This document shows, one piece after another, positions 47,680 through 55,344 of a stretch of 60,841 bases of DNA. Every line of letters starts with the position of its first letter. The stretch's first letter is position 1. The notes beneath the pieces were generated by a model. It had not been told where the DNA came from, ran no database searches, and was given only the letters and a program-made list of their open reading frames with translations. This DNA is from a virus (taxonomy: Duplodnaviria; Caudoviricetes), in IMG/VR virus record IMGVR_UViG_3300035109_000005, positions 1 to 60,841 of that record. One strand, written 5' to 3'. The translations under genes were made by a program, and so were the position numbers.

Positions 47680-48282
47680 TTGCAGCCACCATCCCCAAGC
47701 CCGCGCCTCACCGCCGGCCAGAAGCGCGCCATCCTCGCAGACGTGCCGGCTGAGCTTGTCCGCAAGTTGCTGGACTATGACCCTGCGACAGGCGTGTTCC
47801 GTTGGAAGCCGAGGCCGGTATCGATGTTCCCAGGTTACGCACGCACGGCCGCAGCTAGTTGTGCGACGTGGAACACAAAGTTTGCAGGGACTGTAGCTGG
47901 GTCTCCAACAAACGCGGGTTACCTGAAGATCGGCGTATTCGGGCGCCGGTACAAGGCTCATCGCCTCGCCTGTGTCTGGATGACTGGCGATTGGCCGAAA
48001 AACGAGATCGACCATATCAACCTCGATAAGTCCGACAATCGGTGGTCGAACCTGCGTGAAGCGACGCGCTCCCAAAACCGTGCGAATCTGCGCGCGCTCA
48101 GCGTTAACACCAGCGGACTTAAGGGCGCGCATCTACATACGCCGGCACGCAAGTGGCAGTCATCGATTCGGGTCAACGGCGAACGCGTCTACCTCGGTCT
48201 GTTCGACACGGCTGAGGAAGCGCACGGGGCTTACTGCGCCGCCGCCATAAAATTCCGTGGCGAATTCGCGAGGGCGTCATGA
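47680..48282 (+). CDS. HNH endonuclease with AP2 domain (copy 2)
   Basis: GGAGG RBS; LLDYDPATGVFRWK, AHRLA, DHINLDKSDNRWSNLR, NTSGLKG, GEFAR. Confidence 0.9.
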   Translation: MQPPSPSPRLTAGQKRAILADVPAELVRKLLDYDPATGVFRWKPRPVSMFPGYARTAAASCATWNTKFAGTVAGSPTNAGYLKIGVFGRRYKAHRLACVWMTGDWPKNEIDHINLDKSDNRWSNLREATRSQNRANLRALSVNTSGLKGAHLHTPARKWQSSIRVNGERVYLGLFDTAEEAHGAYCAAAIKFRGEFARAS

Positions 48283-48611
48283 GCGCCCTCCCAGACCTCC
48301 GCGAAGAAGCGCGTCTCGCCTTCAATCGCGAGATTGCCGCCCACGCGAGCGACCTCGTCGCCAACGAGATGCTTTTCGCTCTCGCGGTGCAGAGGCTCTT
48401 CAAGTGCTCCTATGAGGTCGCAAAGACGATCTCGCTAGACGATGTCGAGGCGCGCTGCATTGCGCGCGTCACGACGGAAACGCGGCGCCGCGACCACTGG
48501 AGCTATGACTATCCTAGGCACATGGCCGCGCTGCAACTGAAGCTCGCCGTAGAGGCGAAGCGCGATGGCGTTGCCGCCCTACCCGACCTTGCGAGCGTCG
48601 GCGCGCGGTAA
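48279..48611 (+). CDS. Hypothetical early protein
   Basis: ATGA overlap, GAGGG RBS. Confidence 0.6.
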   Translation: MSALPDLREEARLAFNREIAAHASDLVANEMLFALAVQRLFKCSYEVAKTISLDDVEARCIARVTTETRRRDHWSYDYPRHMAALQLKLAVEAKRDGVAALPDLASVGAR

Positions 48612-48651
48612 GCGCGCGCCTCGTTCACCCTCTCTCGTTTGAGGCCGAGTT

Positions 48652-48858
48652 ATGATCGTTATCAAGTTCCGAAAAGCACGCCACCGCTGTGCAAATCGTT
48701 TCGACCGAGCGGCCGTTATGCGGCGCGCGCATCAAGACTTCCGATTTTGGCGCGAGGCCGGAGAGCCGAAGTCGTTCGGCGAATGCCTGCGAACCGCGTG
48801 GGCGGTTGCACGTCATGCTCGTCAGATTGGCTCCACCAAATTCCAACTCGCAGCATAG
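48652..48858 (+). CDS. Hypothetical early protein
   Basis: GAGG RBS; VMRRAH...F.ECLR.AW..AR pattern common in small phage proteins. Confidence 0.6.
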   Translation: MIVIKFRKARHRCANRFDRAAVMRRAHQDFRFWREAGEPKSFGECLRTAWAVARHARQIGSTKFQLAA

Positions 48859-48867
48859 GAGGCGACG

Positions 48868-49182
48868 GTGAGCGCCGAGAACTTCTCCCCTGGCCCATGG
48901 TTCCGCGAGGTAAGCGGCATGCGTGGCAAGACCCGCCTCGCGACCATCTGCTACGGCCGCAATCATTATGGCGACGGGCCCGCTGGAACGGTCTGCCACA
49001 TCGAAGGTGCGACGGAAGACGACGAGTGCCTGATGATCAATGCGCGCTCGGTCTATAACGCCGCGCGCGATCTGCTCCATGCGCTTGACCGCGGCTACCT
49101 CGCCTACAAGGCAGATTGCCCAGAGAGCGCATTCGTCGCCGGGTTGCGCAGCGCCCTCGCCAAAGCGTGCGGAGAGAGTTGA
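48868..49182 (+). CDS. Hypothetical early protein
   Basis: AGGAGG RBS; SPGPW start and ALAKA end typical of phage early proteins. Confidence 0.7.
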   Translation: MSAENFSPGPWFREVSGMRGKTRLATICYGRNHYGDGPAGTVCHIEGATEDDECLMINARSVYNAARDLLHALDRGYLAYKADCPESAFVAGLRSALAKACGES

Positions 49183-49220
49183 ACCGCGCATCTCATCGCT
49201 CGAACGTAAGGAATAACGGC

Positions 49221-49406
49221 ATGCTCTACATCGTGATCTTCAACCCGGTCCTCCGTGTCGTCGGACCGTTCAAGGACAAAACTGAGTCAGTCGCGTGGGG
49301 CCAGAAATGGCAGCAAGAGAACGGCGACAACCCGTGCTGGAATGAGATTGTCTTCGATGGCGATCCGATCGCCGAACTTCGCATCGAAGTCGAGCGGCCG
49401 AACTGA
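49221..49406 (+). CDS. Hypothetical early protein
   Basis: AAGGA RBS. Confidence 0.55.
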   Translation: MLYIVIFNPVLRVVGPFKDKTESVAWGQKWQQENGDNPCWNEIVFDGDPIAELRIEVERPN

Positions 49407-49409
49407 CCA

Positions 49410-49619
49410 ATGTCCGCGATAGCCGCCCTCCCCCGCCCCGGCATCCGCCGTCAGTCCGGCCTAATGCCCTTCGCGAAAATCCATCCGGCAATGATGCGCG
49501 GGGCGGAAGATCAACGCGCGGGTAAGCGCTGGTCGGAATGCCCATTCCGCGAACTTCACCAACAGCAAGCGTGGCGCAGAGGGTTCGCGATGCAGGAAGC
49601 GCAGGAGAAGCGGAGATGA
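49410..49619 (+). CDS. Hypothetical early protein
   Basis: G....ECPF......WRRGF pattern; tiling. Confidence 0.55.
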   Translation: MSAIAALPRPGIRRQSGLMPFAKIHPAMMRGAEDQRAGKRWSECPFRELHQQQAWRRGFAMQEAQEKRR

Positions 49620-49798
49620 GCCGCTTCGAGCGCGAGGTCGACGAGGACGAGCGCCGCGAGGCGATAGAGCAACGTCGCGCCCAGCGCCGAGCAAATAGCT
49701 GCTGGTGCGGATTGGATGGGTTTCCGGGCCACTGCCCGGGCGCAGCAAACTGCCCTTACAGCGGGTTCCACGACAAGGAAGAGGAAGACGAAGAATGA
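49616..49798 (+). CDS. Small Cys-containing protein
   Basis: CWC...HCPG..NCP; ATGA overlaps. Confidence 0.55.
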   Translation: MSRFEREVDEDERREAIEQRRAQRRANSCWCGLDGFPGHCPGAANCPYSGFHDKEEEDEE

Positions 49799-50874
49799 GC
49801 ATGGTCGAAACGACGTCGCGCGACTTGGTCCCCGATATTCCAAAGGCGCAAGCGCTTACGGTCTTCACGTCGGAAGGCGCTATCGATCCGATCCTCAAGC
49901 GCATCCGCGAAGAGATCGACGCATTTACGCCGAACGTGACGACCGACAAAGGGCGTAAAGCCATCGCGTCGATCGCCTACAAGGTCTCGCAGTCGAAGAG
50001 CTACCTTGAGAGTGTCGGGAAGAAGCTTGCCGACGAGCAAAAGGAAATCCCAAGAAAGATTGACGCGACGCGCAAGCAGATCCGCGACACGCTCGACAAG
50101 TGGCGCGATGAAGTGCGCGCGCCCCTCACTGAGTGGGAGATGGCTGAGGAGCGCCGCATTGGCCGCCACAAGGCAAAACTTTCCTGGCTAGACAGCATCG
50201 CCCCTGGCAGAGATGCCGCGTCTTCCGAGCTGCGCCAGCTCCTCGCCGACGTAGAGGCTGTCGATCTCTCGAAAGAGGCGTGTGAAGAATTCCTAGCGGA
50301 TTATGCGACGTCCAAGGAGGTCGCCAGAGTACGGCTGACTGACACCATCGCAGTGGCTGAGAAGCGTGAAGCTGAAGCGGCCGAACTCGCCCGCCTTCGC
50401 AAAGAGGCGGCCGAACGGGAGGCCAAGGAACGCGAAGAGCGCATAGCCCGCGAGGCCGCTGAGCGCGCCAGAGCCGAGGCCGAGCGCAAAGCGCAGGAGG
50501 AAATCGAGCGCCGGGAAGCTGCCGCGCGAGCCGAGCGCGAAGAAGCCGAGCGCCGCGAGCGTGAAGCCGCCATGAAGGCTGAGCAAGAGCGCCTGGACGC
50601 CGAGCGTCGAGAATTGGAGCTGCGCAGGCAAGCAGAGGAATCCGAGCGCAGAGCTGCGGAAGCTGAGGCTCGCGCCAAGCGCGAGCTCGAGGAGCGTCAG
50701 CAGCGCGAGAAGGAAGAGGCTGAGCGGCGTGAGCGCAATCGGGCTCATCGCGCGAAGGTCAACGCTGCGGCCGCCGCCACACTCGTGGCGGGTGGCCTTC
50801 AAGAGGATGCGGCCAAACTCGCGGTGACCCTTATCGCCAAAGGCGCTGTCCCCTCCGTGACAATCTCCTACTGA
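49795..50874 (+). CDS. Phage coiled-coil protein (E/R/A-rich)
   Basis: KGRKAIASIAYKV, DEVRAPLTEWE, HRAKVN, IAKG.VP.V.I.Y. Confidence 0.85.
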   Translation: MSMVETTSRDLVPDIPKAQALTVFTSEGAIDPILKRIREEIDAFTPNVTTDKGRKAIASIAYKVSQSKSYLESVGKKLADEQKEIPRKIDATRKQIRDTLDKWRDEVRAPLTEWEMAEERRIGRHKAKLSWLDSIAPGRDAASSELRQLLADVEAVDLSKEACEEFLADYATSKEVARVRLTDTIAVAEKREAEAAELARLRKEAAEREAKEREERIAREAAERARAEAERKAQEEIERREAAARAEREEAERREREAAMKAEQERLDAERRELELRRQAEESERRAAEAEARAKRELEERQQREKEEAERRERNRAHRAKVNAAAAATLVAGGLQEDAAKLAVTLIAKGAVPSVTISY

Positions 50875-50885
50875 GGATTCCGCCA

Positions 50886-51182
50886 ATGCCACAGCCAACC
50901 GAACGCGCCGGAGTCCTCCAAGCGTACGCTGAAATGCTCGCAGACAGCGGCGTCGACCTCGACGATTACACTGATTGCGCGCTCGAGCTTGTCTCGCGCG
51001 GCGTGCGCGGTGCCGACATAGGCGACGACCTTACTGAGATCATCTCCATCGCAAAGCGCATTCGCACCCCCCACAACGCAATCACGGACATTGCGGCGAC
51101 TGTCGCCCTCTTCGCCGTTGGCGCGGCCCTCGTCTTCCTGGGCGGGATTCTCGACTCGCTTGTCGCGAGCCCGATCGTCTGA
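50886..51182 (+). CDS. Hypothetical protein with C-terminal TM helix
   Basis: GAGGA RBS; hydrophobic tail. Confidence 0.6.
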   Translation: MPQPTERAGVLQAYAEMLADSGVDLDDYTDCALELVSRGVRGADIGDDLTEIISIAKRIRTPHNAITDIAATVALFAVGAALVFLGGILDSLVASPIV

Positions 51183-51208
51183 AGCCTTTCAATCTAAGGA
51201 GCGTGTGC

Positions 51209-51499
51209 ATGAATTTACATTCCGAACTCGCCGCATCGGCTGGGAACCCAGAGGCGGCTCGCGCATGGCGCGAGGCGATCAAATGGCGACGGCGCTTCAA
51301 AAGCTCGGAAACAGCGCGTTTTGCGTCCGTCATCGCACACGGAGTCTCCAACGAGATGAGGAGCTTTCTAGCCCTCGAACTCGTTGACTACATGCGCCGC
51401 GAGAAGCGGCGCCGCCAGCGCGCGGCGATCGCCGACTTTGTGCTCGGCTCTCTCGCTCTGACGTACGTCTGGGCGGTCATCCTCCTCAACCTGCAATAG
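51209..51499 (+). CDS. Hypothetical protein with C-terminal TM helix
   Basis: AAGGAG RBS; hydrophobic tail. Confidence 0.6.
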   Translation: MNLHSELAASAGNPEAARAWREAIKWRRRFKSSETARFASVIAHGVSNEMRSFLALELVDYMRREKRRRQRAAIADFVLGSLALTYVWAVILLNLQ

Positions 51500-51503
51500 G
51501 AGA

Positions 51504-51866
51504 TTGGCGCACATGTCTGCGGCAGAGACGCTCATGGAGCGCAAGAGACGCGAGGCGGACGACAGGGCGACGGCTAACTTCCTAATGCCCGGGGTCCCTT
51601 CGCAATTGGATGCGGTCGGGAATGCGCTGCGGACGGCCGTAGAGATGCTCGAAGACGCTCAGACGCGTCTTCACAGCAAGATCGCGGGCGACCCAATGGA
51701 GCGGCTCTGCATCGCGGCCAATCTGCTCTCTATGCCTTTCCCGTTCATCACCAGCCTGCTCGACGAGTTCGGCCCCGAAGGGGTCGAGCCGCTCCTCGAT
51801 GAGATCGACAGGCATTCGGCACATATCCGAGCCGTCTTGCAGAACATTCCCCGGAGCGCGCCATGA
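51504..51866 (+). CDS. Hypothetical protein
   Basis: AGGAG RBS; tiling. Confidence 0.6.
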   Translation: MAHMSAAETLMERKRREADDRATANFLMPGVPSQLDAVGNALRTAVEMLEDAQTRLHSKIAGDPMERLCIAANLLSMPFPFITSLLDEFGPEGVEPLLDEIDRHSAHIRAVLQNIPRSAP

Positions 51867-52144
51867 GCCTCGTCAAAGACGGCGAGCGGTCTCGGTTCGT
51901 CCTGCACAGCGAGAAGTCGTTGGTTCCGCTGCGCTGGTGGCTGAAGGATCGCAAGTTCAATGGACATTTTCCTTACTTGGTCGACAGCCGCGGCAATCGA
52001 ATGGTCGGGATCAACTGGCACTTCCGCGATGATCGAGGCCACGAGTGCGTGAAGCCGTGTGGGCTGATCTTAATTCGCGACGAAGCGCTCGCGGATCAAG
52101 TCATCAAGATGGTCGAAGAGCACATGCAGCCGCGCCATGGATAG
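51863..52144 (+). CDS. Hypothetical protein
   Basis: GGAG RBS; ATGA overlap. Confidence 0.6.
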   Translation: MSLVKDGERSRFVLHSEKSLVPLRWWLKDRKFNGHFPYLVDSRGNRMVGINWHFRDDRGHECVKPCGLILIRDEALADQVIKMVEEHMQPRHG

Positions 52145-52155
52145 CCAAACCTACT

Positions 52156-52215
52156 CTCCTCGCAGCGCTCCGCGCCGCTGCGCTCCGCAACGCATCGCCC
52201 CGCATCGCAACGCCA
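52156..52215 (+). repeat. Pentamer array 1: (CGC-NN) x12, candidate guide RNA
   Basis: CTCCT CGCAG CGCTC CGCGC CGCTG CGCTC CGCAA CGCAT CGCCC CGCAT CGCAA CGCCA. Confidence 0.9.
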
Positions 52216-52234
52216 ACCACCAAAAGGAACGCCA

Positions 52235-52804
52235 ATGCCCAGGATCGCAATCGTAAAACTGGAAAGCCTCGCCCCCTACTCGCAGTCGCGCAAGCACGAC
52301 ACGCCGAAGAAGGACAAGGAAACCCCCGATGCTTATGAAGCGCGCACATGGCGCGAGAAGTGCTCGGCGAATGACGCAGGGGAGATTGTGATCCCCGCCA
52401 TGGCGTTCAAGCAGGCGCTGGACGCCGTTGCAAAGCGCCTTGGGATGCAGATACCAGGCAAGGGGAAGGCGACCTACACGAAGCACTTCAAGGGCGGTGT
52501 CATTTGCGAGGCCGATGTTCCGATCGGCTATCGGAAGGATGATGTTCCATCCATCACGATTTCAGCGAACAGCGACGGCGTTCGAGGGTCCGGGAAGCGT
52601 GTCTCGCGCACGTTCCCGCAAGTTCCAAAATGGTCGGGGGAAGCACGGTTCGTCATCCTCGATGACACCGTGACCAACGACATTTTCGAAAAGCACCTGA
52701 CTGAGGCCGGCCGCTTTATCGGAGTCGGGAGGTTTCGTCCTGAGAATGGCGGGTTAAACGGCCGATTCAAGATCGCGGCTTCGCCTCGCTACGAGGAAAT
52801 CTAG
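52235..52804 (+). CDS. Stand-alone RAMP/Cas7-like protein (189 aa)
   Basis: AAAGGA RBS; N-terminal strand IVKLESLAPY, IPAMAFKQAL (compare RAMP IPGSSLKG.L), C-terminal Gly loop GVGRFRPENGGLNGRF. Confidence 0.7.
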   Translation: MPRIAIVKLESLAPYSQSRKHDTPKKDKETPDAYEARTWREKCSANDAGEIVIPAMAFKQALDAVAKRLGMQIPGKGKATYTKHFKGGVICEADVPIGYRKDDVPSITISANSDGVRGSGKRVSRTFPQVPKWSGEARFVILDDTVTNDIFEKHLTEAGRFIGVGRFRPENGGLNGRFKIAASPRYEEI

Positions 52805-52811
52805 AAGGCTT

Positions 52812-52891
52812 CCCCGCGCGACACGGCGCGCCGCTCCGCGTCTCTCCGCTCCGCAACGCGTCTCTCCGCTCCGCAACGCTACGCATCACAT
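52812..52891 (+). repeat. Pentamer array 2: (CNC-NN) x16, candidate guide RNA
   Basis: CCCCG CGCGA CACGG CGCGC CGCTC CGCGT CTCTC CGCTC CGCAA CGCGT CTCTC CGCTC CGCAA CGCTA CGCAT CACAT. Confidence 0.9.
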
Positions 52892-52942
52892 AGCAAAACC
52901 TTTGGATGATTTTCGATGAACGATACGAGCTAACCGCAACAT

Positions 52943-53012
52943 CGCGCCTCTGCGCAACGCATCGCCACGCCCCTCTGTGCTTCGCTACGCCCCGCCTCTC
53001 TTGGCAACGCAA
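52943..53012 (+). repeat. Pentamer array 3: (CGC-NN) x14, candidate guide RNA
   Basis: CGCGC CTCTG CGCAA CGCAT CGCCA CGCCC CTCTG TGCTT CGCTA CGCCC CGCCT CTCTT GGCAA CGCAA. Confidence 0.9.
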
Positions 53013-53037
53013 CGACCACAATCTTGGATGAACACAA

Positions 53038-53526
53038 ATGGCCCAACCAATTTTTGAAATGTCAGCCGATGCTAGGCTCCTTCGCCAGCGCCTCTCTAAG
53101 GTCGCCGTCGGGCAAGAAATTTCTTACGAGGAGCTTTCGCGTGAGATCGGGCGCAAGGTCGCAGGGTCTTGCACAGCTCTTCAATCCGCGCGCCGGTCGC
53201 TTCTGAATTCCAGCCAAATAATCTTTGAGCCGGTGCGCGGCGTCGGGCTGAAGCGCTTGAGCGACTCCGAGATCGTCGACGCCAGCGAGCGCGACATCTC
53301 AAAGGTCCGGCGCGCGGCAAGGCGCGGCGCGAAGAAGCTCCTATCCATCGCAGACTATTCGGCGCTCCCAAGCGACAAGCAGCTCCAGCACACAACGCGG
53401 TTGAGCGTCATGACGATGATCGCGCACGCCGCCTCTGACAAGGGTATCGAGAAGGTTGAGAAGGCTGCGGCAGGACGCGCGCAAGAGTTGCCAATAGCAG
53501 AGACGCTGAAGGCGTTCTCTACTTAA
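53038..53526 (+). CDS. Accessory protein of the repeat locus, predicted winged-helix N-terminus
   Basis: GQEISYEELSREIG...ARR.L....FEPVRGVGLKRL; lies between arrays 3 and 4. Confidence 0.7.
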   Translation: MAQPIFEMSADARLLRQRLSKVAVGQEISYEELSREIGRKVAGSCTALQSARRSLLNSSQIIFEPVRGVGLKRLSDSEIVDASERDISKVRRAARRGAKKLLSIADYSALPSDKQLQHTTRLSVMTMIAHAASDKGIEKVEKAAAGRAQELPIAETLKAFST

Positions 53527-53541
53527 ACCGGAGATCACCGA

Positions 53542-53606
53542 TGCGTCGCGTCGCAACGCATCGCCCCGCGCCGCAGCGCTACACTGCGCTTCGCAACGCA
53601 ACGCAC
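53542..53606 (+). repeat. Pentamer array 4: (CGC-NN) x13, candidate guide RNA
   Basis: TGCGT CGCGT CGCAA CGCAT CGCCC CGCGC CGCAG CGCTA CACTG CGCTT CGCAA CGCAA CGCAC. Confidence 0.9.
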
Positions 53607-53620
53607 TATCAGGAGGTAAC

Positions 53621-54571
53621 ATGGCTACCACAGAGTCAGAAACCCAAGCTCCGCAAGAGCGCGTCGAGCATGCGCCTGGCATCTATTTCGGGCTTGACGA
53701 GTCGCGCTATCATGCCGACTCGGCCCTCGGCTCGACGTCCATGAAGAAGCTGGCGGATAGCCCTCCGGATTACTGGTTCGACTCGCCGCACAATCCTATG
53801 CGCGAGGAAGACGACGGCGACACGCCCGCACGCCGGTTCGGCCGCGCCGTTCACAAGTTCGTTCTTGAGGGACGTGCTGCTTTCGAGTCGGCCTATGCGC
53901 CGACAGACTTCAGCGGCGCCACCCGGGAAGGGAAAGCCGAACGCGCGCGCATCGCTGAGGCTGGAAAGACGCCGATCAAGCGCGAGGATTGGAACCGCAT
54001 CCAGCTTGCCGGGACAATCATCCGTTCGAACCCGTCGATCTCTACGGCCTTCGACGGCGGCATGCCGGAGGTCTCCGTCTTCTGGGAGCGCGACGGCATA
54101 AGGCGCAAGGCACGCTTCGATTATCTGAAGCCGCGCGCGATCATCGACCTCAAGAGCAACGCGAACCAGATGCAGACCTCATTCGTCGAGTCCTGCCGGC
54201 GCGCGATTGCTTCCTACCGATACGATATCCAGCCGGCGCACTATGGCGAGGCGCGTGAGCTCGTTCCGCAGTTTGCCGCTGACGGCGCCGTCTATGGCGA
54301 TCATGACCCGACGTGGCTCAAGCGCGTCGCGGACGCCAAGGAGTGGGCCTTCGTCTGGGTTTTCTATCAAAGCCAAGGGGCGCCGCTTACGTGGGCGACC
54401 AAGGTGTCGCCCGGGAATGGTCTTCTTGATCTTGCTAGATCCACGCTCGCCAAAGCTGAGGAAAACTACCGGAAATTTCTCGATCGCTTCGGGCTCGAAC
54501 AGCCGTGGGTGCTCTCCGACCCGCTCGAAGAAATCGACGTCAACGACATTCCAACTTGGGCGTTCCGCTAA
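53621..54571 (+). CDS. RecE/exonuclease VIII-like PD-(D/E)XK nuclease (DUF3799-like)
   Basis: PGIY.GL...YHAD.ALGST, FGRAVH..VLE, EVS.FW, KARFD, DLK, Y.IQ.AHY. Confidence 0.85.
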   Translation: MATTESETQAPQERVEHAPGIYFGLDESRYHADSALGSTSMKKLADSPPDYWFDSPHNPMREEDDGDTPARRFGRAVHKFVLEGRAAFESAYAPTDFSGATREGKAERARIAEAGKTPIKREDWNRIQLAGTIIRSNPSISTAFDGGMPEVSVFWERDGIRRKARFDYLKPRAIIDLKSNANQMQTSFVESCRRAIASYRYDIQPAHYGEARELVPQFAADGAVYGDHDPTWLKRVADAKEWAFVWVFYQSQGAPLTWATKVSPGNGLLDLARSTLAKAEENYRKFLDRFGLEQPWVLSDPLEEIDVNDIPTWAFR

Positions 54572-54589
54572 CAGCACAAGGCATCCACA

Positions 54590-55330
54590 ATGGCATTTTC
54601 TCTCCTACGGGTCTGCGACATCGAGACTACCGGCATGACGGCGCCAGACGCCGCCCCGTGCGAGGTTGGCTGGGTCGACCTCAAACTCGCAGACCCGTCA
54701 ACCGGCCTCTACGTGATCGACGAAGACGGGCGGCAGAAGACCCTCTGCAACCCCTCACGCCCTATCCCGCCGGAAGTGAGCGCGATTCACCACATCACTG
54801 ACGAGGATGTTGCCGGCGCGCCATTCTGGCCCCAGGCGCTCGCGGACTGCGCTGCGAAGGATGATCCGCTCTTCTCTCCTGACGTCTTCGTGGCGCACAA
54901 CGCGAAATTCGAGCGCCAATGGTTCACCGAGGAAGTGACCGGCGGGAAGCCATGGATTGATACCTACAAGTGCGCGCTCCGGCTTTGGCCGGAAGCCCCC
55001 GCCCACAATAACCAGGCGCTCCGATACTGGCTCAGGCCCCAAGGCTTAAACCGCGAGATTGCGAGCGGGGCTCATCGTGCAATGCCTGACGCATACGTCA
55101 CAGCGTTCCTGCTGCGCGAGATGCTCGACAAGGCCTCTGTCGAAGACCTGATCCGCTGCTCCGAGCGCCCGGCGCTTCTGCCGAAAGTGCAGTTCGGGAA
55201 GCACTTCGGGAAGAAGTGGTCGGAGGTCGACACCGGCTATCTCGATTGGTGCCTTACCCAAAAAGACATGGACGAGGACGTGAAGTTCACCGTCCGAACC
55301 GAACTCAAGCGCCGCGGACTCAGCGGCTGA
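54590..55330 (+). CDS. DnaQ/exonuclease X-like 3'-5' exonuclease
   Basis: DIETTG, VAHNAKFE, IDTYK, HRAMPDAY, FGKH.GK.W..V..GYL.W. Confidence 0.9.
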   Translation: MAFSLLRVCDIETTGMTAPDAAPCEVGWVDLKLADPSTGLYVIDEDGRQKTLCNPSRPIPPEVSAIHHITDEDVAGAPFWPQALADCAAKDDPLFSPDVFVAHNAKFERQWFTEEVTGGKPWIDTYKCALRLWPEAPAHNNQALRYWLRPQGLNREIASGAHRAMPDAYVTAFLLREMLDKASVEDLIRCSERPALLPKVQFGKHFGKKWSEVDTGYLDWCLTQKDMDEDVKFTVRTELKRRGLSG

Positions 55331-55344
55331 AAAGGAACGCAGAA

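Noticed and set aside
49795-50874. TolA-like cell envelope protein
   Set aside because: Similarity is only E/R/A coiled-coil composition; no TM anchor; phage early-operon context
52156-53606. Conventional CRISPR array or cas operon
   Set aside because: No 23-47 nt direct repeats separated by spacers and no cas1/2/3/5/6 motifs; the period is 5 nt
52104-53744. Arg/Ala-rich ORFs crossing the pentamer arrays (52104-52349, 52767-53021, 53341-53682, 53541-53744)
   Set aside because: A 5-nt period is not codon-based, the translations are low-complexity and most overlap or oppose better genes
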